The notes below the pieces were generated by a model. The model was not told the DNA's origin, ran no database searches, and was given only the letters and a program-made list of their open reading frames with translations. 64,000 bases of DNA, from assembly GCF_038025025.1 (NCBI RefSeq), contig NW_027117345.1:248001-312000 (forward strand), read 5' to 3'. Below are positions 49,577-63,041 of this stretch, one piece after another. The stretch's first letter is position 1, and each line of letters begins with the position of its first letter. The translations under genes were made by a program, and so were the position numbers. Origin of the DNA: Phyllosticta citribraziliensis. Lineage: Eukaryota.

Positions 49577-50413
49577 GGTTTTTCCCTGCGGCGTCCGTCG
49601 GAAGGTTGCGCGTTCGATGGCTTGTTGATTTATTGCTTGACGCGCGTGGGAGGAGGGGGGACGGAAGGACAGGAGCGACGAGGGTTTGGCTGCTGCTGCT
49701 GCTGCCCCGTGGCATGGCGCTGAGGTTTGTGGTATGCCGTAATCCAGAGAGAGAGAGAGGGCGGCGAGGAAGAGAAAAGCAAACGAAACGGGAAATACAA
49801 CGGCGCTCGAGCCGCTGCTGCTGCGACGCAATGGAATGCGAGAACAGAACCAGCGCAGACCCTGCCTCTGCCTGCGTGCGTGCCGTTCTCCCGCCCTGCC
49901 GTCCGGCGTCAGGCAGGTCGTCGCCAGTGAGTATGTACGTGGAGCGAGCGCAGCAGCGTAAAAGTCAACGAGCAATTTACAAACGGCCGCGCCGCATCAA
50001 CATTGACCCTGCCCCAGGGCACTCATGCCCATGGTTGTCGGATCAGTGTCGCCGTGGACGCCCGGACCGGTCACGTCAGGTCAGGTCAGCATTTGGAGAC
50101 GTTGAGTTCGCTACCTGAGCTAAGACAAGCGGTTTGGGTGGACGGATGTTTGGGAGCACCCCGCGGATCAGCAGGAGTTTGTGGCGTCCGGAATAAACAA
50201 TTATTGCGAGGTGGGGTCAGGTCGGCGTCAGGTACCAGCCAGGGAAGGCGGAAAGCCACACACGCGCGCGGGTCAACTGAAGTCAGGCACCAAGAACAGA
50301 CACGACAAGTAGGTATTGAGCAATTCAGTTGTCTTGGATGGTCGATGCGATTGATGCTGCCTACCGTACCTATTCACATTCGCTCGCGGCTTACCTACCT
50401 ATCATGCTGTGGA

Positions 50414-51808
50414 TCAATACTTTACAGCTTTGCGGATGGCGTCGTAGATTCCTGCGTCTGTGGTCAGCGTGAATCGCGTCCCGGCCTGGTCTAATCACGA
50501 CTTACGGACGACGTCGGGCAGGTTAAACTTTTCGAATGCCAGCCCGACGTGCGTGCTCCATCCGGCGACTCTCTGCACGGGGGCCTCGAGCCGCAAAAAG
50601 GCGCCCTCCTGGATCGAGGCGGCGACTTCGGCGCCTACCCCCGCGTTCACCATGCTCTCGTGCACGACGATTGCTCTGCCCGTCTTTTGCACGCTGCCCA
50701 GCACCGTGGCGCGGTCCCACGGGTAGATGGTGCGCAGGTCGATCAGCTCGACGGTCACGCCCAGGTCCTGCTCGGCGGCGGCAATAGCGTTGGCGCAGTG
50801 GTAGAGCGGCGTGCCGTAGGAGACGACGGTGACGTCGGCGCCCGGCTTGACGACTTCGGCCTTGGAGAGCGGCAGCGTGTAGGCCTCGGTGGGCACCTGC
50901 TCGACGGCGGCGCGGTACAGGATCTTGGGTTCCATGAAGACGACGGGATCCGGGCTGGCGATGGCCGCGAGGAGCAGACCCTTGGCTTGGCTGGGGGATC
51001 GCGGGACCACGACGCGCAGACCCGGGATGTGCGTGAAGAGGGACTCGGGCGATTGGGAGTGGTACCTGAGGTGGCTCACATGTCAGACTCGCGGCGGGGA
51101 CAACATGGTAAACAAGCAGCCGGCCGTTGGGCCAATGACAGCAATGCAAATTACTCACAGCGCACCGTGTCCGACACCTCCGGTAGGCATGCGGACGACG
51201 AGACCGCCGGCATGCATGTTGGTTGCTCCTGCGCGGAAGCGCAGCTTTGCTGCCTCGTTGACCAGTTGGTCAAAGGCCGGGTAGACGTAATCGGCAAACT
51301 GGATCTCGGCAATGGGCTTCATGCCCTCGAGGGCGGCGCCTATGGCAAAGCCCACGATTCCTTGTTCCGTCAGCGGCGTGTTGAAGACTCGGTCGGAGCC
51401 AAAGTCGTTGGCAAGGCCCATGGAGCAGCGGAAGACGCCGCCAAAGGCGACGTCCTCGCCAAAGAGCAGCACGCGGTCGTCGGTGGAGAGGGCATGGCGC
51501 AGGGCCGAGTTGACGGCCTGGAAGAGGTTCTGGCGGGTGGTCTTGGAGTCACGGACGAGGTGCGAGGGCAGTTCGGGGTTGGCCAAGCAGGACTTGGGGG
51601 TGTGGGCGAGCAAGGGCGTCGAGCTGTAGTCGATGGGGAGGTTCAGGCGCGCGTTGGGAGGGTGGGCCGAGTAGGGTTGACGTCGTGGGGCATGGACATC
51701 CGGATGGACAGGTGGCGCATGACGTAGGGAACCTGCAGTCAACGACGAGGACGGGGACGGGCTTGGGAGACGGAGCCAAGACGATGGTTTGGAGAGGAGT
51801 TTGGACAT
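50414..51808 (-). CDS. BCKDHB: Branched-chain 2-oxoacid dehydrogenase E1 beta subunit, mitochondrial; two introns
   Basis: Ser/Arg-rich presequence; [77 protein letters not shown]; last exon [11 protein letters not shown]. Confidence 0.95.
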
Positions 51809-52230
51809 GGTGGACGGCGGTGCATGGCGTGCGGGGGGAGCACAGTCTGGGGTAGGGTGAGGTGGATGTTGGAGTGAAGTGAGAGAGCAGCAGCGAAGCC
51901 CAGGATTGCCCAGCTTCACCCACAGAAAACACCCACCTCAGCCACGGGCCGTCTGCTTGTCGCGTCACACTTGCGCCGCTCGTATCTTGGTATTCTGATG
52001 GTTTTGACCGCTCGACCGCACTGACTAGGTGTGAGGTGAGCAGCGCGCGCCCTCTGATCCCGGCTCGTTGCTGGTGGTCCCCGGCCCGCCGCCGACAGGC
52101 ACACCTCAGCAGTTGAAGGCGAGCCTCCCGCCGCATCTCCCACACTGAAATACCCTCGCCATCCCATCCCTCGCTCCTCCACCGCCCCAAACCCGCCCTT
52201 CGACTCTCCGGACGAGGCGCTTGACATCAA

Positions 52231-54736
52231 ATGTCTTTGGCTGCCACGAGGGCATTGGCAGCCGCCCCCTTCTCCCAACACCGCGGCCACGCCGCCGTGC
52301 GACCCGTCGCCCTGCTGCTTGCCAGTCTGCTCTTCTCCGCCGTTGGCTATGCCGCTCCGTTGAAACACCACTCCTCCCCGGTTCGTCTCTACGAGGACGA
52401 GCCAAAGAGCTCCGACGATGCTGAGCTGTGGGTCTTTTTGGGCACTGCCGTTGCCCTGGTCCTGCTCGGCGGCGCTTTCGCCGGGTTGACCATCGCGTAA
52501 GTCGGCCCTCGTGTCTCATCGTCACGTCGTGTCGTGCTAACCTCCCCTCCCCAGTCTCATGGGCCAGGATGAAATCTACCTCCAGGTCATCGCAACCTCT
52601 GGAGACGGTGCCGAGCGCAAGAGTGCCACTCGCGTCCTGAACCTCCTCAAAAAGGGCAAGCACTGGGTCCTCGTCACCCTCTTGCTTAGCAACGTCATCA
52701 CCAACGAGACTCTACCCATTGTTCTCGACAGGTCTCTCGGCGGCGGATGGCCCGCCGTTCTGAGCAGTACCGTGCTTATTGGTATTTGCACCGCCGCCTT
52801 CGCCTCACCGCCTGCTAACCGCCTCCAGTCATCTTTGGCGAAATCGTTCCGCAGTCCGTATGCGTCCGATATGGCCTCCCCATTGGCGCCTGGATGTCGC
52901 CAGTCGTTCTTGGCCTCATGTACCTCATGGCTCCGGTCGCCTGGCCTACTGCAAAACTACTCGACTGGCTCCTTGGCGAGGATCACGGAACAACCTACAA
53001 GAAGGCTGGGCTGAAGACCCTGGTCACTCTGCACAAGACGCTTGGGACAAGTCCCGAGGATCGCCTAAACCAAGACGAGGTGACCATCATCAGCGCCGTG
53101 CTCGACCTCAAGGACAAGCCCGTCGGCAGCATCATGACCCCCATGAACGACGTCTTCACCATGTCGGCCGATACTGTCTTGGACGAGAAGATGATGGACC
53201 AGATCCTGTCGGCCGGATACTCTAGAATCCCCATCTACCAGCCCGAGAACCCCAGTAATTTTGTGGGCATGCTCTTGGTCAAGCTACTCATCACCTACGA
53301 CCCCGAGGACGGCAAGCAAGTGCGCGATTTTGCATTGGCGACCCTCCCGGAAACGCGGCCCGAGACCAGCTGTCTGGACATTGTCAACTTTTTCCAAGAG
53401 GGCAAGTCCCACATGGTCCTCGTGTCCGACTTTCCGGGAGAGCCATATGGAGCGCTTGGCGTCGTTACTCTGGAGGATGTGATTGAGGAGTTGATTGGCG
53501 AGTAAGTGCCGGATCTTGGGTGCGTCATTTTAAAATGCCTCGTCGTTACTCACGTCCTGCAGGGAAATCATTGACGAATCCGACGTCTACATCGATGTGC
53601 ACAAGGCCATCCGCCGCATGACTCCTGCACCGCGCAATCGCATCCCCAAGATTGACCACGACGCAATCATCGACGATGCCGACGAAACGACGGGCCTCCT
53701 TGCAGGCCATGAGCGGAGGGTAAGCAATGACGCGGGGAGGAGTTCTGTGAGTCAGCTTGGCACAAGCCCCCAGGTGAAGCTCTTGCGCCGGAACAGCAGT
53801 GGTAATGGTTCATTGGACAAGGCTACTCCGGTGAGCCTCCGCGACGGAACATCCGAGCTCAAGGAGCAGCTCAGACACTTGGGTCCTTCGAACGCCGCGA
53901 GCCGGCCCAAGTCGACGCGTATTTCAACGGTAAAGATCAAGCCCAGTGTAAACACGATTCCCGAAGGTCCATCTGCAAATGGCGCCCACAAACCCGAAGG
54001 CGACGTATCTGCCAAGTCGACCCCTAGAGTGGGCCCCACGGCTCTTTCGGGTGGCGTGGGCGAAGGACAGCTCCGCGACGAGATCGACGCGCTCAAGGTC
54101 GCTACATCTGGCTACGGCACCATGAACGAGGGATCGGGTTCGCCCACGAGCCGTTCGCCCAAACAAGGTCCCAACGGCAATCGCACTCCCACCCAAGACC
54201 TCAACAGCCGAGAGCGCTCTTCAAGCCCTCAAAACAAGTCTCCAACGAACGAACGGCCCTCGCCTGTACACCGCAAGACCAACAGCAACAGCTCCGACAG
54301 CATCCGCTCGCTGCACAGCGGCTCCCCGTCGCGCTCGCAGGACCGCCTGTCGATCCCCCGCGGCACGGCGCGCTCGGGCAGCATCTCGGAAAACGTGATT
54401 GACGTCAACGGCGTCAAGAAGATGGTCCTGGAGACGCTGGGCAGCGGCGGCAGCGCGGAGAATGAAGAGGAGCGCAAGCGCGGCGGCTCCAGCCACAGCA
54501 ACAAGTCGCAGCGCTCGCTGCAGCGCATGTGGGCCAACGGCGGCAGCCGCCAGCACAGCGGCGACGGTAAAGGCGGTCCTGCGGATACTAACAGTAACGG
54601 CGCAGGCCCCAGTCTCGCGGCTAGCGGCATCTCCACTCCGATTGAGCCCAGCATGGAGAGCAGCCAGGGCGGCGAGGGCGCCAAGAAGAAGAAGAAAAAG
54701 AAGAAGAAGGCGGCCAAGAGTAAGAATAAGAGTTAG
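52231..54736 (+). CDS. MAM3: CNNM/DUF21 + CBS-pair membrane protein (Mam3-like metal homeostasis protein); three introns
   Basis: [101 protein letters not shown]; long Ser-rich tail ending in poly-Lys. Confidence 0.9.
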
Positions 54737-54923
54737 GCGCTCGCGTGGACTTTGCCGCCGCCGCCGACGACTTGAGGAGGCGAGCAGAGCATGTAGATGG
54801 AAATGAGCGCAGGGTGGCAGTGAGGATGGAAGGCAGGCTGACTGACTGTTATGGTGTAGCTAGCTTCGAGTGCAGCATTCCGAGGGGTCTGGGGAGGGAG
54901 GGGCGAAAGTGTAACGTACGTAT

Positions 54924-55262
54924 GGTGGCGGTGGTGGTGGTGGTGGTGGTGGTGGTGTGGGAAGTCTTCTTCTTCTCTTTCTTGCTTCTTGCTTTCGCCA
55001 AGAACAGGACGTGGTAAATGTCGAAACAATGTTTTATAGCACAGCACAACACAGCACCGACAGCGATGATGACGACGACGACGACGGTAGGAGTGGTAGC
55101 GGCGGTGGTGATGACGACGTACTTGTACACTTTTCTTCCTTTCCATTTTTCTAAAAGGGTGAGGGGCTCGGTTGGTGGTGGTGGTGGTGGTGGTGGTGTG
55201 GGTAGAGAGACAGGCAGACAGGCAGAAGAGGAAATATTCATCATCATCATCATCATCATCAT
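54924..55262. repeat. Cluster of trinucleotide microsatellites (GGT)n, (GAC)n, (CAT)n
   Basis: Several perfect runs read directly in the 3' flank of the CNNM gene. Confidence 0.9.
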
Positions 55263-56001
55263 ATTTCTCACGTCAAGCTCCTTTTTCTTTTATGTCTGCT
55301 TCGGGCTATATGCTAGATCCTGCAGACCACCAGGCCTGATGAATCACTGGAGCGCGCTGCAAGCAAGACGTGCGTAGCTTGTGTATCTGGCTGGCTTGGA
55401 CGATGAGGTCTATCTACTCTTGCCCATCATCCGCCTGTTGTATAGGTAAGTGTATGGGCAAGTCAAGTCCTGCGTGATGGCGGTCACGGGTTTTTCCATC
55501 GACTTCTTTGCTGCTACTGCCTACATGATGCAGCGGGCGGCGGCAGCGCAAATCAACATTGCACTGTACAATGCAGAATCTAGAGGAGGAGGAGGCGACG
55601 ACGGTGTTTGTTCAGTCAGGCATCAGATGGCAGACAGACAGACGCGGAGAGATGATCATCGGTCCGTCGTCGATATTAGGGGGTTTTCATTTTGTGCTTC
55701 CTTTCTTCAAGGTTCTGCTTTCTGGGTTTTGGTCTAGTCTTTGTTTTTGTTTTTGTTGTTTTCGTCGTTGGCTGCTGTGCAATGTGGAATAGAAGTGGAC
55801 CGGCTGTTGTCTTGTGCGCTTCTTCCTGGATGCAGGGGGCAGGCTGAGGTGTGTGTGGCTGCTGGTGGTGGTGGTCATGGATTGGTTGGTGATGACTACA
55901 CGTCCCTCCTCCGCTTCGTCTGTTGGTCTAATATCGCGGGTAGGTTAGCGCATACTTCTTTTACATCAAGGTAGAGGGACAGACAGACAAACATACCCTC
56001 A

Positions 56002-56608
56002 CTAATCCCAATATGCCCAGTGGTTCCAGCGCATCCTTCCAACCAACCGGCCCTCACTCAGCTCTCGAATCAGCCGATCACCAGAGGCGAGCAGCGCATC
56101 GCGCAAGGCCGCCTGCGGCTCCATCCGGCAATAGTGGCTCTCCAAGAAGGATTCGAGGTGCTTGAGAGCACGCAGGAGTTTGTGGGCCTCGTCTCCCTGG
56201 TCGTCATGCGCCTGCTGCTGGACTGAGGACGCGTCGTGCGTCGCCCAGTCCGCCGCGAAGGGATTCTCGTCGCTTGGGCCGGAGGACGAGGCGATGTGGG
56301 ATTCGATGCCGATCACGACGCTATTGGTGCTGATGGAGGTGCTGTCGTTGGTGAGGTTGAGGCTGTGGGTTGTTAGTGATGGGTAGTTGGCGCAATAGTG
56401 ATTGTGAGTGAGAGCTGTGCTGTGCTGTGCTGTTTGCGTGTTTGGACGGTTTTGTTGGAGCGGTGGAGGATGGAGCGAGGATGATGGGGAGGTGAGCTCA
56501 CGAGATGCTGCCGTGTGGTCCGGCGTAGATGCAAATGGTAGACGGCGTATTGGCGTTTTCGTTCGTTGACACAGGGGAGGATGGAGATGAAGACGAAGAC
56601 GACGCCAT
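56002..56608 (-). CDS. Hypothetical protein (~155 aa), two exons; intron 56501-56363
   Basis: ACCATGG start; a GTGAGC...CACTAAC...CACAG intron joins MASSSS...CIYAGPHGSIS in frame to LNLTNDS...RWNHWAYWD*. No family recognised. Confidence 0.55.
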
Positions 56609-57070
56609 GGTGGTCGTGGTCTTGGCCTTTGTTGTTGTTGTTGTAGATTGGTGTGTGGTCTGTTGTAGGTTTTGGGTTGTAGGCAGGTTGTAAAGCTCAG
56701 GACCGAGCAACTTGCAGACAGACTGACTGACTGACTGAAGGACAGGCCGTCAACAAAGGCAGACAGATTTAACACACGGGGGCTCTCGTCCCTCATGAAG
56801 CCCGTGAGCGCGCGTCAAGTTAACACATGCTGAAAAGATCAAGGATGACTGGACAGGGAATAGATAGATAGGTAGGTAGGTAAGTAGGAAAGTAGTCCGT
56901 CCGTACATGTATCTTACCAAGAAAAAAGAGAGAAAAACAGTAGCCGCTCTTCAGATATCCACCCTATACTCCCATCGGCAGCCAAACAGTCACTGCCGAG
57001 GTCGCCATCCAACACCGCAACCTCACCCAGTACACGCAACACCACCTCTCCCTCTCAACTCCCGCGTCCC

Positions 57071-59235
57071 TCACGCCCCCATCTTCCCCCTCGCCGCTCT
57101 CATCTCCAACCACTCCCTCGTGACCCCCCTATAATCCGCCTGGCGATACGGACTCGTCCACTCGCTCCACCAGCCACCCTTCCTTCGATGCTGCAGCCCC
57201 AAATCACTCAGCAGCTGATCGAAATACGGCAGCTGCTCCCAGACGAAGTCGGGGAAGCGGTCGCCGTAGCCGAACGGGTAGCGCAGCCGGCAGAAGCGCG
57301 TCTGCAGCGCCGTCTCCCTGTACACGCGCGTCGGGTCGGTGGAGAGGGCGGAGTCATCGTCGGCGGCGAGCGCGTTGTTGAGGTATGCGTACGCCCAGAG
57401 ACCCGTCACTTCGTTGCGCACTTGGTTGAGCAGGTTGGCGACGTAGCCTTGGAAGACGAGCGAGCGGTCGCCCGTTGCCGTCAGCCCGGGCGGCGCGAGG
57501 AACCGGTAGAGGCGGAAGGGCTGCATGCGTTGCTTTTTGGTCGTCAGGTGCGCGTCAGGAGAAAGCGGCGGCGAGGGGGTGATTTCGGTCGTCGTGGTCG
57601 TGACGCCAGTCTTCTTCGCAACGCCATTGACAGTAACAGTAGCCGTGGTAGTAGCAGCGGATGGCGGGACGGGACTGGCGGTGGCAGCCAGCGGCTTGGG
57701 GGCTTCGTTGAGAATGGGGAAGCGCTTGAGGATCTGCCTGTCGGCCTCGGCGTCAAGCTTGCTCCAGAACTTGGTCTGCGTCGCCGTGTACGAGGCGCTG
57801 GGGATGCCCAGCTCGGCGTGCAGGTGCGCCGGCTTGATGTCGAGGTTCGGCGCCCACTGCCAGTTCGTTGCCGTGATGAGTCCGCCCGGGGACGTCAGCC
57901 GCGTCCCGTCGGCGAGGTTGATGGTGTGTTCCGACAGGTGCGTCACGTCTTCGCGGTAGATTTGGACGGAGCCGTTGCGAATGAAGTCGTGGATTGGAGT
58001 GTCGTAGTTCAGGATTGCCAGCGAGGTTCCGAACCACATGACACTGGTTTATGATTAGCACGGACGTCGAGAGAAAGGTTGATGGACTCACTTCTCGTCG
58101 GGGATCAGCTTCTGCAGCTCCGGATGTGAAGTCAGACCAGACTGGTTGACGACATCACTACCCAGCTTCTCAAAGAACTTCCTGACAAAGAAGCGACCCA
58201 GCCGGGTGCCTTGTAAGAATCGGCGCGCCCAGCTGTCGCCCTGAGCCCAGATGCAGGGGCTGAACCAGGTCAGAATCCGCGTCAGGGGCACCATCTCGGT
58301 CCAGAGAGAGCCACCTGGAATTTTGATATGCGGTGGCGCCATCCACGTGGGCCCGTATCCCGACTTGCGAATGACCCAGTTGACCTGGAATCCGTTGGAC
58401 GCAAACATGTAGACCGAATCGTACGCGCTCTTGCTGCCGCCCAGGATCGTGACCTGGCGGTCGTGCTCGGGCGTCTCCTTGGTGAGCCGCACGCCCTCGG
58501 TGGCCAGCGCGGCTGAATTGAGAATGGGCGCATTGAAGCCCTCTTCGCCTTTGTAGTGTACTGCTTCCTGGAGTGGAAGGTAAGAAAGGGGTCTCCCAAA
58601 CTGTACTGGCATCAATCAACACTTACCGGCCGCGAGGTCAAGCCAGTAGCAACGATCAACTTGTTGCAAAACAAGTCATACTCCTTCCCACCCACATCCG
58701 CCTCAGTGGGGGCAACGTGCAGCTTCCACCTGCCATCGACCTGCTTCTCCGCACTGAGTGCCTTGGAGTTGAACCGGATGCGGCTCGTCAGGCCAAATTT
58801 GTCGGAATACTCGCACAGGTACTTGTGGACGACCTTGCCCGGAATGTGGCATCGGGGCGCGACGCCGAAGCCGTCATGCATGGGGTAGTCCGGGAGCTCC
58901 AGCGTCCCCAGCTGGTTGTTGCTCCGCAGTGTTGGATATATGCGGTCTTGCGACCAGACGCCGCCAATGGTGGGGTACTGTAGCCAAAGGCGGCCGCTGT
59001 CAGCTCCGCGCCGCGCTGCTGCTGCTGCTGCCGTCTCTCAAGACAAAAACTCACCGTGTCCAGAATGACCAAGTTCGTCTCTGGCGCACATTGCAGATAC
59101 GCCTTTGCTGCGCCGAGGCCGCCAAATCCTGCCTTGCTGTCAATTCGAACCTCCCAGTCTCTTGCAGTGTCAAAACGAACCAGCTCCAATCACCACCACA
59201 TCCACCTCGGTCTGTAAAGTCGATTGGGGAAGCAT
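57071..59235 (-). CDS. Flavin-containing monooxygenase (class B FMO-like), multi-exon
   Basis: VDVVVIGA/GFGGL (FAD GxGxxG, split by an intron), IGGVW, YPTLRSNN, LIVATGLTS, VTILGGSKSAYD (NADPH site), LITATNW, FRLYRFLAPP; C-terminal PYFDQLLSDLGL...PY...DY. Confidence 0.9.
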
Positions 59236-60014
59236 AATGACTCGTAAAACACGTCACTAAAAAGGCGGAAGCATTTAGAGAATGCTAGTAAATGAGGTAA
59301 GATGGCGCAGGGTCTGGTAATGGCTTGATTTCAGCATATTCGCCAGTGGTGATGCCATCCTTTTATGCCAGCCGAGTCGTCCAGTACCGTCGTATGGTTG
59401 ACCCTGCGGCTTGCGGCTCGCGCCATTGTGTCCGTATCTCCCCTTCGCTGCTACTGCTGCGCACAACCGACTGCCCAGTTGCCGCTATCTCTGGCCACTC
59501 TGGAAAACGGACGGGTGGCTTGGTTCCTGGAAGCCCATATCTCCGCGTGGTGCTAGAGAAAGCTTAATTTTCGTACCTGGGGTCGCCTTGTCAGTTGGGA
59601 TGCTGGGGTTCTGGACCTGGGGGGGAAAGGAGTGGTGGTTTTGCGAATAGGAAGTATATGACTGGCGTGGTGCAACATGCGGACCGCGCACTTGATCATC
59701 GTCTCGTGCTGCAGCCGACCTCTTTTAAGCTTTACCCGAGTGCGGGACGTGGGGACTGATAAGAGAATCCATGAAGGCTTCATGGTCACCCTGGCTTTGA
59801 TTGGCGAGAGCGACGGTTTGTGGGGCGGATATTTCCTGCTTGTTCCTTTGCAAAGACCCGCTTCAGTGGAGGCGGCTATGCGTTGTTCTGCTGCGGCGCG
59901 AGTTAGCATTGATATATACGCGTACCCCGCGACGGAGAACAGTTAGTTTGGAATTCCGCACTCACCTCAAACCTCAAGCCTCCAATTCCAAGTAAACAAA
60001 CACCTTTTATCACA

Positions 60015-60665
60015 ATGCTTTCCTTTTGCCGCCCGGCAATTCCTCCGCGCACCAAGAACGCAGACAAGAACCTCATCTTTTACGAAAATGGAAAGTCGTC
60101 GGTGCACTTCCACGCCCCCGACTCGGGCTACATCATGACGCACACAATCCCTCCCACGACGCCCGAGGACGGCGCGTCCATCATCGAGCCGCCCTTCCAC
60201 TACCACATTTCGCAAAACGAGTACTTCCGGCTACAATCCGGGACGGGCGTCTTCTTCAAAGGCCTCGACCCCAAGCCCTTTGCGAAGCTGTCGGACAAGC
60301 CAGGGGAGCCCAAGACGGCGTCGGTCGCCGCAGGCCGCTACCACCGCTTCTCCAACGCGTCGTCGGACGAGAACTTGGTCGTCGACATACAGCTGGACCC
60401 GGAGGCGTACGAGAACGAGCAGCGCTTCTTCCGCAACTTTTTCGGCTACTTGGACGACTGCAAGCGGACAAAGACCAGCCCCAGTCTCTTTCAGTTGATG
60501 GTGTTTTTGCACAGCGCCGACACGCCGCTCGCGCTGCCGCTGCCGTTCGAATGGTTGGGTGTCTTGGTTAGCCGCGTTTTCATGATTGTGGTTGCGTATT
60601 GGGGCAAGTGGATGCTGGGGTACAAGGATAACTATGTCGAGTACTATGAGGGAAAGTCCAAGTAG
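60015..60665 (+). CDS. Cupin (RmlC-like) domain protein
   Basis: Cupin motif 1 PPFHYHISQNEYF and motif 2 GRYHRFSN; C-terminal hydrophobic segment then LGYK..Y.EYY; intronless ORF with coding-like codon bias. Confidence 0.8.
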   Translation: MLSFCRPAIPPRTKNADKNLIFYENGKSSVHFHAPDSGYIMTHTIPPTTPEDGASIIEPPFHYHISQNEYFRLQSGTGVFFKGLDPKPFAKLSDKPGEPKTASVAAGRYHRFSNASSDENLVVDIQLDPEAYENEQRFFRNFFGYLDDCKRTKTSPSLFQLMVFLHSADTPLALPLPFEWLGVLVSRVFMIVVAYWGKWMLGYKDNYVEYYEGKSK

Positions 60666-61940
60666 CGATGCTGTCGTTTGTGTTTTGGCGCTGGAGCGAC
60701 TGGTGGGATGGAAATAGGTCCAAGCAATTGAAGTTTACCGTGTCTTACTGCCTGCGATTCCAATGGCCTTTGGTCTATGTGTGATGGTGCGAGAATCAGA
60801 CTCGAGGCAGATATCTGCAGCGCGTCCGACAGTCTCAATGCTGCGTCAGGCGACTTTCCAACTTTTTCCTCACTCAGCAGCTCGAACGCGCCCATCTCCA
60901 ACGCGCATTCGGCACATCGACCACACCCTCGATCAACTCATCCGACGCCATTGACAGCCGTCGCGTCGGAAGCCACACCCAGCCGTCAGCAGCAAGACCG
61001 GCATGCCGCATATTCTGGCAGACGCAGACTCAGCCGCGCCGCACAGCGCCGGGCACGCAGCACAGCAGAGCCGCCAGGCAGCCGGGGTATCCGCATCACT
61101 CAATCCATCACGACGCGCGACGAGGTGCGGCGTGTCGTGTGAGCTAGGACCCTGTGGCGCGAATTGGCGTTGCGGGGCACGGGGATCGGGCCTTTGGCCC
61201 GCTGGTTGGTCGCCGCCCGTTGCTGCTGGCTGGAGATTCCATGGATTCCTTGACGCAGAGAGGCGACGGGGTTGTCTGCGGTTACGGGCGTGCGGATCTC
61301 GCTCTTATCTCTTTGCTCCCTCGGCAGTTGTTTGAGTTTGTTTGTCTCGTTCCTTGTTTTCTTGGTGCTCAACTGGTACTGCACCTGTGCCCCGCGCCGC
61401 TGAGTGCGAAGGTTTCTGCCGTGCTTGGTTGCGGCTGTGGAGATGGATGCGTTCGCTTGCTGTGAGGTTGTTGTTGGACAAGGAAAGACAGGCGTCGGAA
61501 AAGGGACTGTGTGTCTTCTTGTCCTGATCCTCCACCCTCATCCATCTACACGTGATTGGCATCCTCCTCGTCCCGCCTGCTGCCAATCCATAATCAAGGC
61601 AAAGCCAACTCGGTCGTCAAATGAGAGAGTGGGTCGTCGGTCGGCAAAGGGGAGTTCATAGCCGCCCGCTATCAATCAGACAGATCCAGGTTTGCTGTAA
61701 GCAGCCAACGCCGTCGCGCTGCCGACAACGGCTCTAGCCCCGACGGATCGCGCAGAATACATGCGCCTGGTAGATTGGGGAAGAAATATTTTGAAAGCTG
61801 TCTGAACAAAACTTTTGGGGTTGCCTCGGCCACGATTCTACAGACCACGAAATCAACACCACCACACTACCATCACCACCACCAGCAGAACCACAGCAAA
61901 GTTCAGCACCCAACAACCACGCAAGACGTAATCCACCACC

Positions 61941-62927
61941 ATGGAGAGAGGCGCATTCACAGAAAAGTCGGCCGGCCAAGTGCGCTACCTGTACAAATCC
62001 AACCACCCCTACAAGAGCACCGGCGCCAACGCGCTGCAAACTCTCACACTGTGGATCCCGTCGTCGTCACCCGTCGGCAGCGCCGCCAGCACACCAACAG
62101 ACTACCTGCCACCGCGGCCAGGGCCGTGGGTCGTGTACATCCACGGCGGCGCATGGCGCGACCCGCTGGTCGACGCGGCGGCCTTTGAGCCCACCGTCCA
62201 ACACCTGCTCGCGAACCACGCGGCGACGTTTGCGCAGCTGGGCGGCATCGCCTCGCTCAACTACACGCTGTCGCCGCACCCCAAGCACCCGACGCACGCC
62301 TCGTCGCCCGCCGACCCCAGCCGCAACGCCGCCCACCCCGACCACATCCGCGACGTGCTCGCCGCCCTGGCTTTCCTGCAGCGCAGCTTCGGCTTCGGCG
62401 CCAACTACGTCCTCGCCGGCCACAGCTGCGGCGCCACCCTCGCCCTCCAGGTCGCCATGGACCACGCCAAGTGGATTGGCAGCGAGGCCGCCGCCGCGCT
62501 GGCCGTCGAGAAGCCGCGCGCCGTCGTCGGCCTCGACGGCTTGTACGATATGCCTGGCATTATTGCGGACCCGGGACCGAAGCACGCGCCGCTGAAGGGC
62601 GTGTACGACTCGTTCACGCGCAACGCTTTTGGCGACGACGAGGCCGTGTGGCACGCCATCAGCCCCGTGTCGGTGGAGAACTGGAAGGCCGAGTGGAAGG
62701 AGGGCGAGCGCGTCGTCCTGGCGCAGAGCAAGGAGGACAGCTTGGTGCCGTATGAGCAGACTACCAAGATGAAGGCGATGCTGACGCTGAGTCGGAGCAT
62801 GAAGCTGCGCATACGAGAGATGGAGTGCGGCGGCGATCACAACGAGCTGTGGCAAAAGGGCGATCGGCTGGCGGAGATTGTGGCGAGTGCGGTTGAGGAT
62901 GTTCTGTCTCCTGAGCAACATCTTTGA
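61941..62927 (+). CDS. BNA7: Kynurenine formamidase-like alpha/beta hydrolase
   Basis: WVVYIHGGAWRDP, HPDHIRDVL.AL, AGHSCGATL (nucleophile elbow), DGLYD, SKEDSLVP (Asp), GDHNELW (His). Confidence 0.8.
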   Translation: MERGAFTEKSAGQVRYLYKSNHPYKSTGANALQTLTLWIPSSSPVGSAASTPTDYLPPRPGPWVVYIHGGAWRDPLVDAAAFEPTVQHLLANHAATFAQLGGIASLNYTLSPHPKHPTHASSPADPSRNAAHPDHIRDVLAALAFLQRSFGFGANYVLAGHSCGATLALQVAMDHAKWIGSEAAAALAVEKPRAVVGLDGLYDMPGIIADPGPKHAPLKGVYDSFTRNAFGDDEAVWHAISPVSVENWKAEWKEGERVVLAQSKEDSLVPYEQTTKMKAMLTLSRSMKLRIREMECGGDHNELWQKGDRLAEIVASAVEDVLSPEQHL

Positions 62928-63041
62928 GTTGGAGGTTAATTCCATGACAATGTTTTCAAGCGCTTGGTTGAGTTCTTACCTGCCCCTTCCGATGTCTCAA
63001 ATTGAACGTGTGGAATCACGATTCCCCTTCTCTTCCAATGT

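Noticed and set aside
17246..62930. Stop-codon readthrough producing cryptic peroxisomal isoforms
   Set aside because: None of the stop codons I checked has the TGA-CTA context, and no canonical SKL-type ending was seen.
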